From positions 1 through 59,179 of the forward strand of contig JBAYFX010000003.1 of the NCBI GenBank assembly GCA_041666965.1: a DNA stretch of 59,179 nt. Reading direction: 5' to 3'. The notes under the pieces were generated by a model, which made no database searches, was not told where the DNA came from, and saw only the letters and a program-made list of their open reading frames with translations. Shown here piece by piece: positions 28,413-37,161 of this stretch (position 1 is its first letter; every line of letters begins with the position of its first letter). The translations under genes were made by a program, and so were the position numbers. The DNA is from Candidatus Shapirobacteria bacterium (lineage in GTDB: Bacteria > Patescibacteriota > Microgenomatia > UBA12405).

Positions 28413-30017
28413 TTACTTTTGGAACTTATTTCTTATTTGACCAAGCTTTTTATAGTACATTTGGGCTTCGGAAACCGCCAATATTTTAGATAACGCGAAA
28501 AATGTTACCAGCCCGCCCAAACTACTGGCACCTAAATTAAAGGCTACCATCCAAGTTTTAGTGGTACCACTAAAATAGTTATCAAGCAGTTGAATTAAAA
28601 TCCACGAAACTAGGGCTGATGTTAAAGAAGCGAATAAAAGTTTAAACAATTTCTGAGCTAATCTGATTAAGCTGTGTTGGGGAAAACGACGATAAAACAT
28701 TAAACCAAGCGCAACCGCTTGAATAATATTTCCCAAACTAACACTTATGGCTAATCCAAAAACAGCCAACTGAGTAAAAGTGACCAAATACCAGGCTGTT
28801 GCGATGTTAAACAATAATGAGATGGCCGCAATTTTGAATGGTGTAACAGTGTCGTGAAGCGCATAAAAGGAGCGGGTCAAAATTTGGATTACGGTTTGAC
28901 AAGGAATTATTGGTAAGAGAAAGGCTAAAGTGCGAGCTGTTGAAAGAGTTGCCGACCAAGGGAAATGGCGCGAACCAAAAAGAAGCCGAACAATTGCCAG
29001 CCGATTTACCAACAATATGGCAGTAATAGGCAAAACTAAAAACAAACTTTGAAAAATCGTTTTGCGGACAATTGATAAAAATTCATTTGATTTATTTGCC
29101 GCAACTTTTCGGGACAATGCCGGAAGTGCCGCTTGACCAACTGTAGTACTAAAAACACGGCTGGGAAGAAAAATTATTTGGAGGGCAAGATTAAAAATTG
29201 ACAATGTGCCTGAGGCTAAACCCGTAGCAAAAAAGAGAGTAACTGTACTTTCAATTTCATTAAGACCTAAGGACAATGTGCGTGGAACCATAAGTTTAAA
29301 AACTTCAGAGACTGAACCTTTTTTAAAAGATAAAGTCGGATGATAAGAAAAACCGGTTTTAATTAAAGATGGAACCTGTATTAAAAAATGAAGGACTGCT
29401 CCAACCACAGTACCCCAGGCTACTCCAACAAATCCCCAGTGAGGTGCTAAAAAGATGATACTTAAAATGATTACCAAGTTGTAAATTAAAGGTGAAAGAG
29501 CTGGAATAAAGAAAATCTGGTTAACTTGAAGTATGGCGGTAACAAAATTGCTAAGAAGAAAAAATAACTGGCCAAAAATCAAAATTCGGCTCAGGCTGGT
29601 CATTAGAGCTAACTGATCTGGATTAAAACCGTTAGTTATTAACCTAGAAAGAGGATCTACAAAGATGAAAGCCAATAAACCGACCACGAAAAAACCTAAA
29701 AGTAAAATATTAATAATTACTGAAGCGAATTCGTGAGCGGCTTTACCTTCTTTTTTAAGCTGCGAGCTGAATACGGGGATAAAGGAAGCGGACAAAGCTC
29801 CGGTTACGAGTAGCTTAAATATTAGGTCTGGTATACGGAAAGCGGCATTATAGGCATCTAAATCGAGTAAGCAGCACTTAAAAAAAGCGGCGTATAAAAA
29901 ACGGTTACGTAAGACGCCCAGGAGGGCTGATAAGGCGAAAGCAAGAGCCAACACCAGAGAGGCAGAAGTAATGGTTTGATGACGTTTAGAAATTAAACGG
30001 TTTAAGAAGGGTGACAC
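28413..30017 (-). CDS. murJ: Lipid II flippase MurJ/MviN (GTG start)
   Basis: 534 aa, about 14 TM helices and a MurJ-like N-terminus (GVLRNRFLYAAF...AYNAAFRIPDLIFKLLVTGALSASFIPVF). Confidence 0.85.
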   Translation of the reverse strand: MSPFLNRLISKRHQTITSASLVLALAFALSALLGVLRNRFLYAAFFKCCLLDLDAYNAAFRIPDLIFKLLVTGALSASFIPVFSSQLKKEGKAAHEFASVIINILLLGFFVVGLLAFIFVDPLSRLITNGFNPDQLALMTSLSRILIFGQLFFLLSNFVTAILQVNQIFFIPALSPLIYNLVIILSIIFLAPHWGFVGVAWGTVVGAVLHFLIQVPSLIKTGFSYHPTLSFKKGSVSEVFKLMVPRTLSLGLNEIESTVTLFFATGLASGTLSIFNLALQIIFLPSRVFSTTVGQAALPALSRKVAANKSNEFLSIVRKTIFQSLFLVLPITAILLVNRLAIVRLLFGSRHFPWSATLSTARTLAFLLPIIPCQTVIQILTRSFYALHDTVTPFKIAAISLLFNIATAWYLVTFTQLAVFGLAISVSLGNIIQAVALGLMFYRRFPQHSLIRLAQKLFKLLFASLTSALVSWILIQLLDNYFSGTTKTWMVAFNLGASSLGGLVTFFALSKILAVSEAQMYYKKLGQIRNKFQK

Positions 30018-30057
30018 TCAAGTATTATAGGGAGCATGAAGCAAAGTTAATAGGTGG

Positions 30058-30086
30058 TTGTCAGAAACTGGCAGGTAAGATAGAAT
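30058..30086 (+). promoter_or_regulatory. Sigma70-like promoter of rpsT (TTGTCA-17-TAGAAT)
   Basis: TTGTCA at 30058-30063, a 17-nt spacer, then TAGAAT at 30081-30086. The ATG at 30093 is only 6 nt after the -10 and there is no SD. Confidence 0.5.
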
Positions 30087-30092
30087 ATCGGC

Positions 30093-30410
30093 ATGCCTAT
30101 AGGAAAATCTGCAAAAAAATCTTTAAGAAAAGCCGAGAGTAATTATGTCCGTAATCAAACTCGCAAGAAAAATTTAAAAGCAACTGTTAAAGGTGCTTTT
30201 AAAAAACCAACTCCAGAGTCTACTAAAGCGGCAATCTCCACCATTGATAAAGCTTTGAAAAACCATTTACTTCATAAAAATAAAGTTGCCAGACTTAAGT
30301 CCAGATTGGCAAAATTAAGTAAACCAGTAGTCAAGGATAAAAAAGTAATTGCTAAAGCCGTCAAACCAAAAACAAGTAAATCCAAAACTACTGCCAAGAA
30401 AATGAAATAG
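30093..30410 (+). CDS. rpsT: 30S ribosomal protein S20
   Basis: MPIGKSAKKSLRKAESNYVRNQTRKKNLK...IDKALKNHLLHKNKVARLKSRL is typical S20, with a Lys-rich C-terminal extension. Confidence 0.9.
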   Translation: MPIGKSAKKSLRKAESNYVRNQTRKKNLKATVKGAFKKPTPESTKAAISTIDKALKNHLLHKNKVARLKSRLAKLSKPVVKDKKVIAKAVKPKTSKSKTTAKKMK

Positions 30411-30467
30411 CCACTAGTCCCTTGGGGAGTGGCAGCCAGAAAAAGGATTATAAGTTAAGATAAGGTA

Positions 30468-31880
30468 ATGAAATTTTTTATTACAACTCCAATTTATTAT
30501 ATTAATGACGTACCTCATATTGGGCATACCTGTACCACAATCGCTGCTGATATCTTGGCAAGGTGGCACAAACTTAAAGGTGATGAGGTGTTTTTTTTAA
30601 CCGGAACAGATGAACATGGCCAGAAAGTAGCCGAATCGGCACAAAAAGTTAACTTAACTCCTCAGGAATATTGCGATAAAATTGCCCCAAGATTCAAGCA
30701 AGCGTGGGAAGAACTTAATATTGGTTTTGACCATTTTATTAGAACTACTGACCCTAAACACGAAACAGTAGTCGCCGAATTGCTAAATAAGCTCTATCAA
30801 AATGGAGATATTTATAAAGCTAAATATGAAGGTTATTATTGTATTGGGTGCGAGAAATTTATAACTGAATCGGAGTTAGTTGATATGCACTGTCCTATTC
30901 ACCCACCAGAAAAAACAGTATTTCAAACAGAAGAAAACTGGTTTTTTAAATTGTCCAAATATGTTCCCCGGTTAATAGAATTAATTGAAAATGATCAAAC
31001 GAATTATATAAAGCCCAACGGTAAAAGGGCGGAGATATTGGCTAAACTTAAAGCAGGGGTCAACGATATTTCGATATCACGAGAGAAAGTTAAGTGGGGA
31101 ATTCCGGTGCCTTGGGACACCAAACACACAGTTTACGTGTGGATTGAGGCGTTAATAAATTACTACAGTGCCACCAGGTTCGTAGAAGGAAAGACTGACT
31201 TCTGGCCGGTGAATGTCCATCTAATCGGAAAGGAAATTTTATGGTTTCATACGGTTATTTGGCAAGCAATGTTGTTATCGGCGCAAATTGAATTACCCCG
31301 TGAGGTCTTTACTCATAGTTTTTATATAATTGACGGACAAAAAATGTCTAAGTCTCTGGGTAACGTAATATCTCCTGGTCAGTTAAAAGATATGTTTGGA
31401 GTTGACGGCACCAGGTACTTGATTGCCAGAAGTTTTCCGTCGGAAAATGACGCCGATGTGGGAATTGAAAGATTCAAAGAAAAGTACAACGCGGATTTGG
31501 CAAACAATTTAGGTAATCTGGTTTCCAGATTATCCAAGTTAAGCGAAGGGCTAACAATTCCTCAGAACAAATATGAAGATAGTCAATTAACCCAAGAGTT
31601 TGAAAAAAGATTAACTGAATTCGCATTGGACACAGCAATAGGTCTGGTTTTCGAAAAAATTATTGACCCAATTAACACTCAACTAAATATTAGTGCCCCG
31701 TGGAAGTTAGAGAAAACTGACAGTCAGAGAATAAAAGTGTTAACTGAATTAGCGCTTAAGCTTAAAGAGGCGGGAAGATTACTGGCTCCGGTAATGCCTG
31801 AAACAGCAAAGAGAATTGAAGAAATGTTTAGTGGTGAAGTTAAGCCGCTTGAGGCTCCTCTATTTCCCAGAATTATTTAA
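30468..31880 (+). CDS. metG: Methionine--tRNA ligase (short form, 470 aa)
   Basis: HIGH-type motif PHIGHT, KMSKS present and a zinc knuckle (CIGC...CPIH). No C-terminal tRNA-binding appendage. Confidence 0.95.
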   Translation: MKFFITTPIYYINDVPHIGHTCTTIAADILARWHKLKGDEVFFLTGTDEHGQKVAESAQKVNLTPQEYCDKIAPRFKQAWEELNIGFDHFIRTTDPKHETVVAELLNKLYQNGDIYKAKYEGYYCIGCEKFITESELVDMHCPIHPPEKTVFQTEENWFFKLSKYVPRLIELIENDQTNYIKPNGKRAEILAKLKAGVNDISISREKVKWGIPVPWDTKHTVYVWIEALINYYSATRFVEGKTDFWPVNVHLIGKEILWFHTVIWQAMLLSAQIELPREVFTHSFYIIDGQKMSKSLGNVISPGQLKDMFGVDGTRYLIARSFPSENDADVGIERFKEKYNADLANNLGNLVSRLSKLSEGLTIPQNKYEDSQLTQEFEKRLTEFALDTAIGLVFEKIIDPINTQLNISAPWKLEKTDSQRIKVLTELALKLKEAGRLLAPVMPETAKRIEEMFSGEVKPLEAPLFPRII

Positions 31881-32156
31881 CCTGTTCAAGGTTCATTCTT
31901 GGTACTTCAGTTGCATTGGCTTCAGTTACCCGTTTCTTTTCAGCTCAGCTGCCTCTCTTTCTTCAGTTAGTGTTTGACCTGTCCACTTGGGTGGATTACA
32001 ACCCACATGATCCATACCGGCCAATTGGCAGACACAACTTTTCGTTCCCCTATGTTTAACAACTTCGGGTTTCACTTTTAAACATAACACGAATTAAATT
32101 ATTGAAATAGAAGTTAAATAAATTGGTACAAAATAATAGTTTACGTGATGTTTATT

Positions 32157-32471
32157 CTATTTCCAAATTCTGTTTTTATTAATTTCTTCTTTGGCTCTAA
32201 AAGCTTGCTCCAGATTTATGTTGTACTTATTGGCGATGGTACAAATAAAAATAAAAACATCGGCTAGTTCTTCGTCAATATTCCCAATTTTAGAATTAGC
32301 ATCAACTTGTTGCTTTTCGGCTTTACGAATTGCTTTAAATAATTCCCCAACTTCCTCTCCCAACATTAAACAATAGTGGTACAAATCAGTAGAAAAACCT
32401 CTTTCTTTTTCTAACGCAGTAACATAATCTTGGTAATCCTTAAGGGTTGGCTTCGGGTTTAATTCGGGCAT
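32157..32471 (-). CDS. MazG-like nucleotide pyrophosphohydrolase (single domain, 104 aa)
   Basis: EEVGELFKAIRK and DEELADVFIFICTIANKYNINLEQA match the EExxE...ExxD MazG core. Confidence 0.75.
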   Translation of the reverse strand: MPELNPKPTLKDYQDYVTALEKERGFSTDLYHYCLMLGEEVGELFKAIRKAEKQQVDANSKIGNIDEELADVFIFICTIANKYNINLEQAFRAKEEINKNRIWK

Positions 32472-32503
32472 TATGAATTATAAATCAAATGAGATAATAA
32501 GCA

Positions 32504-33256
32504 ATGATTGATACGCATGCCCATTTAGCCGATAGATTTTCAACTAACATTGAGGGGGTGGTCGACAGGGCAAAAAAGACGGGGGTTGAGGCGATTATTC
32601 TATCGGCCAGTTCCATGGCTGACTCAAAAGACAATTTGAAAATTGCGGTAGAGTTTCCGGGGTATTTACTGCCCAGCATCGGAGTCCACCCAATGGAAAC
32701 GGAGTATGATCCAAAAGTTCTAGAGTTCTATTTAAAAAAGAACCCACAGATTGTGGCAGTTGGGGAATGCGGACTAGAGTTTTGCGGGAATTTTGAGCAA
32801 ATTTTACAGGATAAAATATTTAAGAGCCAAATTGAATTATCAATTAAATACAATAAACCACTAATTATTCACTCTCGCGATGCTATGGAGGAAACATTGG
32901 AAATACTAAGACAGTATCCCAAGGCGCGAGGGGTAATTCATTGCTATTCCGGAGGTAAAAAAAGAATTAATAAAGTTCTTGAGCTGGGAGACAGATGGTT
33001 TTTTGGTATTGACGGTAATATCACTTATGAGGTGGGGCTGGAACAAGTAGTAGCTTCAATTCCTAAAGATAAGCTAGTATTAGAAACTGACACTCCATTT
33101 TTAACACCCATCCCCCACCGGGGAGAAACCAACCAGCCGGCTTACATAAAATATATTTATCAAAAAGTAGCGGACATCTGGCAAATGGGTTTTGAGGAAG
33201 CAGAAAAACAAATCGATACAAATTCCAAAAAACTATTCCAGATAATCGGCAACTAA
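32504..33256 (+). CDS. tatD: TatD-family metal-dependent DNase/hydrolase
   Basis: MIDTHAHL, VGECGLEF, IIHSRDA, GVIHCYSG and LETDTPFLTP. Confidence 0.9.
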   Translation: MIDTHAHLADRFSTNIEGVVDRAKKTGVEAIILSASSMADSKDNLKIAVEFPGYLLPSIGVHPMETEYDPKVLEFYLKKNPQIVAVGECGLEFCGNFEQILQDKIFKSQIELSIKYNKPLIIHSRDAMEETLEILRQYPKARGVIHCYSGGKKRINKVLELGDRWFFGIDGNITYEVGLEQVVASIPKDKLVLETDTPFLTPIPHRGETNQPAYIKYIYQKVADIWQMGFEEAEKQIDTNSKKLFQIIGN

Positions 33257-33475
33257 AGTTTCCAACTCTTTTTGGGAAGGATATTTGTCCACTAGAGCCA
33301 CTTCGTTGTTAATTAACAAAATTGTTTTCCCCTGAATTCCGCGGGAATATACCCGACTCATGTCGGTAACAAATTCCGGCTCATAATCGATTTGGAGCCG
33401 TTTACAGATAGTTTCTAAGTCACTAAATAGTTTTTTACCTTGGGGCGTACCCCGATCAAAAAGTTGCAGACGCAT
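33233..33475 (-). CDS. Thioredoxin-fold (Thioredoxin_3/MTH895-like) protein lacking the CXXC pair
   Basis: 80 aa. It aligns by eye to the MKIxxLGxGCxKCKKL...VTD...PALVIxGE family. The CxxC position reads GTPQGKKL. Confidence 0.5.
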   Translation of the reverse strand: MRLQLFDRGTPQGKKLFSDLETICKRLQIDYEPEFVTDMSRVYSRGIQGKTILLINNEVALVDKYPSQKELETLVADYLE

Positions 33476-33482
33476 AGTTTTT

Positions 33483-34316
33483 TTAACTATTAAGTTTGGC
33501 TAATTTAATAACATTTTCGAGTAAACAAGCTATGGTCATGGGGCCAACTCCGCCTGGATTGGGGGTAATGTGCGAACAAAGAGGAGCCACTGAATAGTAA
33601 TCAACATCCCCTACCAGCTGGCCGTTGACTCTTCCCGACCCAACATCAACCACAACCGCACCTGGCTTAATTAGTTCTGAGGTAATTAAATTCGGACGAC
33701 CAGTGGCGGAAATTAGCAAATCGGCATTTTTGGTATGGTATTGGAGATTGGTTGTTTGAGAATGACAAAGCGTTACGGTGGCTTGACGTTGTTCAAGAAG
33801 CGCGACCAGAGGCAAGCCAACAACAGCACTTCTACCAATAACGACGGCGTTTTTACCCACTAAATCAATTTGATATTTTTCTAAAAGGCGGATAATACCT
33901 AAAGGAGTTGCGGGGATAACGGCGGTATTATCTTTTTGAAATAATTTGCCTAAGTTGAGAGGGGTTAAACCATCGGCGTCTTTGAGGTGATCGATAAGAT
34001 TTAGGATTGGTATTTGATTTAAGGGGGCGGGAAGAGGTAACTGGACGATTAAAGCCTGAGTTGCGGGGTCGTGACTATAGCTGGCGACTACTTCTTCTAC
34101 ATCTAGTTGAGACGACGTTTCGAGTAATTCGACAACTTGGCAGTTAATACCAATTTCTTGGGCTTTTATTTTCTTAAGTTCGACGTATTTTTTTGATGAG
34201 GGGTCGTTTCCCACCATAATTATTACTAAACTGGGTTTGGTTTTAAAACCAGCTACTTGGTTTTTTAGGTCAGTAAGGATTTCAGCTGAAAGAGAGCGTC
34301 CGTCTAGAAGAACCAT
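33483..34316 (-). CDS. folD: Bifunctional methylenetetrahydrofolate dehydrogenase/cyclohydrolase
   Basis: KKYVELKKIKAQEIGI, DADGLTPLNLGKL, VIGRSAVVGLPL and ITPNPGGVGPMTIA. Confidence 0.95.
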   Translation of the reverse strand: MVLLDGRSLSAEILTDLKNQVAGFKTKPSLVIIMVGNDPSSKKYVELKKIKAQEIGINCQVVELLETSSQLDVEEVVASYSHDPATQALIVQLPLPAPLNQIPILNLIDHLKDADGLTPLNLGKLFQKDNTAVIPATPLGIIRLLEKYQIDLVGKNAVVIGRSAVVGLPLVALLEQRQATVTLCHSQTTNLQYHTKNADLLISATGRPNLITSELIKPGAVVVDVGSGRVNGQLVGDVDYYSVAPLCSHITPNPGGVGPMTIACLLENVIKLAKLNS

Positions 34317-34322
34317 AAGCTA

Positions 34323-35081
34323 TTATAGCTGAGTTAAAACTTCGCAACCCTCGGGAGTAACCAAGATGGTGTGCTCAAATTGAGCTGATAGAGCCCCATC
34401 GGCAGTAGTTACAGTCCAACCGTCTTTGGAGTCAACATAGACTTTCCAAGAGTCAGATGCGTTAACCATTGGCTCTACGGTAAAAATCATGCCCGGTTTA
34501 AGGCGAATATCACCTTGAGGGTTCTTATAATGGAATACAAAGGGATCTTCGTGAAATTTTAACCCAACACCGTGGCCACCAAGTTCTTGCACCGGTGTAA
34601 AGCCAAAAGAGGTTACATACTTCTCAATAGTTTCACCCACCGCTCTGTTTAGCTTAACGCCAGGTTTAATTGCGTCAATGGCCCGATTTAACGATTCACG
34701 GGTAACATCGATTAATTTTTGGGCTTGGGTGGAAATTACACCTACTGGATATGAGGCGGAAACATCGCCATAAAATCCGCCCAAAATTGTAGTAATGTCA
34801 AGGTTAACAATGTCTCCCACTTTAAGTTTAGTCTTGGGATTGGGAATACCATGGCAAACTACGTTATTAATGGAAACACAAATACTTTTTGGGAATCCGC
34901 CATAACCGAGAGGTGCGGGTATGGCGTCATGTGAGGTGATGAACTGGTGGGCTATATCGTTTAGGGTGGCTGTTGACACTCCGGGCCGAATATACGAAGC
35001 AGTATGCGCTAATGTTTGGGCTGCCAAGCAGGAAGATAGACGAATTCCTTCGATTTGCTTGGGGGTTTTAATTATTACCAT
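34323..35081 (-). CDS. map: Type I methionine aminopeptidase
   Basis: CHGIP, DIVNLDIT, GHGVG, FTVEP and QFEHTILVT. Confidence 0.95.
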   Translation of the reverse strand: MVIIKTPKQIEGIRLSSCLAAQTLAHTASYIRPGVSTATLNDIAHQFITSHDAIPAPLGYGGFPKSICVSINNVVCHGIPNPKTKLKVGDIVNLDITTILGGFYGDVSASYPVGVISTQAQKLIDVTRESLNRAIDAIKPGVKLNRAVGETIEKYVTSFGFTPVQELGGHGVGLKFHEDPFVFHYKNPQGDIRLKPGMIFTVEPMVNASDSWKVYVDSKDGWTVTTADGALSAQFEHTILVTPEGCEVLTQL

Positions 35082-35721
35082 GTTTCAGATGTGAATAAAT
35101 CCAAAAAGAATAAAGGTATAAATACAAAGAAACGGTTAAAATCGGAATTAATACAAATAGTAATCCTGCGCCAGGAAAAATTAAACCTCCAAACATAATC
35201 AAAGAGGAGGATTTAAAAAGCCGGGCACCAAGGGAGTGGGTTCTTTTCCAAACAACCGGGTTAGACATTGTCCAAGGTGTGCGGATACCAACAAACCAAT
35301 TAGGGCGAGTATGTTCGAGTAAATAACCAACAAAATAGAAAAGAAAACCAAAGGCAGGAATAAAAAATTGAATAAAGTTAAATGAATAACCGAGATTCCA
35401 GATTAAAGTGAGCAAATACAAATAAAAAAGGAAAAAACAAATTACGGCAACAAAACGATAATAATACAAAAAAAACTGCTTAAAGTTGGCATGATAAGGG
35501 TCAATTTTAGGCAAAAGTAAAAATAAAAACAGTAAAAAAGTAGTTAACGCGGGCATAAAGAATAAAGCAAAGTTTTGAGACGAGTAACCATTGGGCTGGC
35601 CAAAAAAATCCCAATGGGTAACCATTGATGCGGGAAACCAGGAATAAAAAAGTGCGGGTATAAGCCAAAACATAACAACTGTTAACACCGAAAACAATAT
35701 AAAAGTCATTTTGGGCATCAT
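35068..35721 (-). CDS. DUF1648/SdpI-family membrane protein
   Basis: THWDFFGQPNGY (DUF1648-like) and NWFVGIRTPWTMSNPVVWKRTH (SdpI-like). Six hydrophobic helices. Confidence 0.6.
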   Translation of the reverse strand: MMPKMTFILFSVLTVVMFWLIPALFYSWFPASMVTHWDFFGQPNGYSSQNFALFFMPALTTFLLFLFLLLPKIDPYHANFKQFFLYYYRFVAVICFFLFYLYLLTLIWNLGYSFNFIQFFIPAFGFLFYFVGYLLEHTRPNWFVGIRTPWTMSNPVVWKRTHSLGARLFKSSSLIMFGGLIFPGAGLLFVLIPILTVSLYLYLYSFWIYSHLKHGNN

Positions 35722-36428
35722 TGTTTGACCCGTGAGACTGAAGTGGGAACAGTACCGTTAAAACCAAAGCTTCCATTATCCACACTAAAACTACGGATGA
35801 ACAAATTGGGTATGCTATTAATTCTTGTTTCCGCAACGCGGGCTAAATAGGGAACCCCGGTAGCAATTAAATTTTGAGGAATTGGCAGGCGGCCGATGAT
35901 GGCTGCTGTCGGATTTAAGGCAACACGGTTATTGGTTACAGAAACAGTACCTTTTAAATAAAAGGCGGGTTTACCCTTAATTTTTAAATAAGATATTGCT
36001 TTATTAACATCCTCACTACTGACTCTAAAACTAGAAAAATAACTAGGTAATATTGAAACATTTAAATTTCCGGAAATTTCAGCTGTTCCATCAGTGTTAG
36101 CTCTAACTTGGACATTGGAAACAGGGAAATATTGCCAGCGGGCTCCGGCTATGAGTGCTGTTAACTCGGTTGAACTAAAACTATTGGTGACTTCCTGTTT
36201 ACCCTCAAAAACGAGCGGCGAAGAAGCAGGAAGTGAGTCAACTTCTTTTATGGCAACCTGACTTTTGGCTTGAGCCGCAGAAATGTCGGATGTGGAGTAT
36301 TTAACATTTAAATCCTTGGGTTTGTTGCTTGCCAATAAGTCAGATAGTCCGGGGATAAATCCAAAATAGCCCAGAGTCAAGACAATAACAATTAGCAGAG
36401 TTAGAATTATCCTAAGTAACAGTTTCAT
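35718..36428 (-). CDS. Hypothetical membrane-anchored protein (236 aa)
   Basis: N-terminal TM helix followed by a beta-rich soluble domain. No family recognised. Confidence 0.5.
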   Translation of the reverse strand: MKLLLRIILTLLIVIVLTLGYFGFIPGLSDLLASNKPKDLNVKYSTSDISAAQAKSQVAIKEVDSLPASSPLVFEGKQEVTNSFSSTELTALIAGARWQYFPVSNVQVRANTDGTAEISGNLNVSILPSYFSSFRVSSEDVNKAISYLKIKGKPAFYLKGTVSVTNNRVALNPTAAIIGRLPIPQNLIATGVPYLARVAETRINSIPNLFIRSFSVDNGSFGFNGTVPTSVSRVKQ

Positions 36429-36451
36429 ATTGGTTTATTATAACTCTCTTG

Positions 36452-36480
36452 TTGACTTAAACCATATGCTCTACTATAGT
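36452..36480 (+). promoter_or_regulatory. Near-consensus sigma70 promoter of the SOD gene (TTGACT-17-TATAGT)
   Basis: TTGACT at 36452-36457, a 17-nt spacer, then TATAGT at 36475-36480. The ATG lies 24 nt downstream. Confidence 0.55.
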
Positions 36481-36504
36481 TGTAGTAGTTAATACGTATA
36501 ACAT

Positions 36505-37098
36505 ATGAAACATCTAACCTTACCTCCCCTGCCTTATGATTATGACGCTTTAGAACCGGTCATTTCCCAAAAAATAATGGAATTACACCATGATAAACAC
36601 CATGCGGCTTACGTGGCCGGAGCAAACTTAGCAATGGACAAAATGGAAAAAGCCCGAAATGGTGAGGGTGAAATAAACTACCGCGAAGTAATGAGAGATT
36701 TTAGCTTTAACTTTAACGGTGCCTTACTTCATGAAATATTCTGGCGGGCTATGAGACCAGTAAATCAGAATACGGGCCCAAGCAAAGCGACCAGGAAGAC
36801 TCTGGAAGATAATTTTGGAAGTGTTGAATCAATGGTAAAAGAATTTAATGGCGCTGCTTTAAACGTTGAGGGATCGGGGTGGGCAGTGTTATGGAAGAAT
36901 AAAGAAGGTGAGCTTAGTGTGGGACAGTTGGAAAAACATAATCTGTTTGGACTGAGTGGAATGGAACCGATTTTGGTAATAGATGTGTGGGAACACGCCT
37001 ATTATCTGGACTATTTAAACGACAGAAAAGGTTACATTCAAAATTGGTGGCAGGTGGTTAACTGGGACGAAGTAGAGAAGTCACTCCAAAAAAGATAG
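36505..37098 (+). CDS. sodA: Fe/Mn superoxide dismutase
   Basis: LPPLPYDYDALEPVIS...MELHHDKHH and DVWEHAYYLDYLN. Confidence 0.95.
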   Translation: MKHLTLPPLPYDYDALEPVISQKIMELHHDKHHAAYVAGANLAMDKMEKARNGEGEINYREVMRDFSFNFNGALLHEIFWRAMRPVNQNTGPSKATRKTLEDNFGSVESMVKEFNGAALNVEGSGWAVLWKNKEGELSVGQLEKHNLFGLSGMEPILVIDVWEHAYYLDYLNDRKGYIQNWWQVVNWDEVEKSLQKR

Positions 37099-37161
37099 TA
37101 AGGAGTAAGTGGGATTTACCCTTAATCTTACGGTCCGGGTTTCATATTTTTAGAATAGAAT

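Noticed and set aside
30018-30092. The minus-to-plus strand switch after a 30-kb unidirectional block. I considered it as a replication origin.
   Set aside because: The gap is only 75 bp, with no DnaA-box-like TTATCCACA motifs, no AT-rich unwinding element beyond the two promoters and no dnaA/dnaN nearby. Minus-strand genes resume at 32157.
30410-30433. A hairpin, gCCACT-agt-CCC-tt-GGG-g-AGTGGc, immediately after the rpsT stop. I considered it as an intrinsic terminator.
   Set aside because: No T-tract follows (the next bases are agccagaaaaagg). metG has no convincing promoter of its own, so read-through is likely. It may still be an RNA stability element.
32157-32471. The stand-alone MazG-like pyrophosphohydrolase. 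I considered it as part of a toxin-antitoxin or nucleotide-depletion defence system.
   Set aside because: No MazE/MazF or other partner is adjacent. Small MazG-family house-cleaning enzymes are common single genes.
35507-35836. A 109-aa minus-strand ORF overlapping the SdpI-like gene and the upstream gene.
   Set aside because: It is out of frame with two better-supported, family-assignable ORFs that abut each other with a 4-nt overlap.
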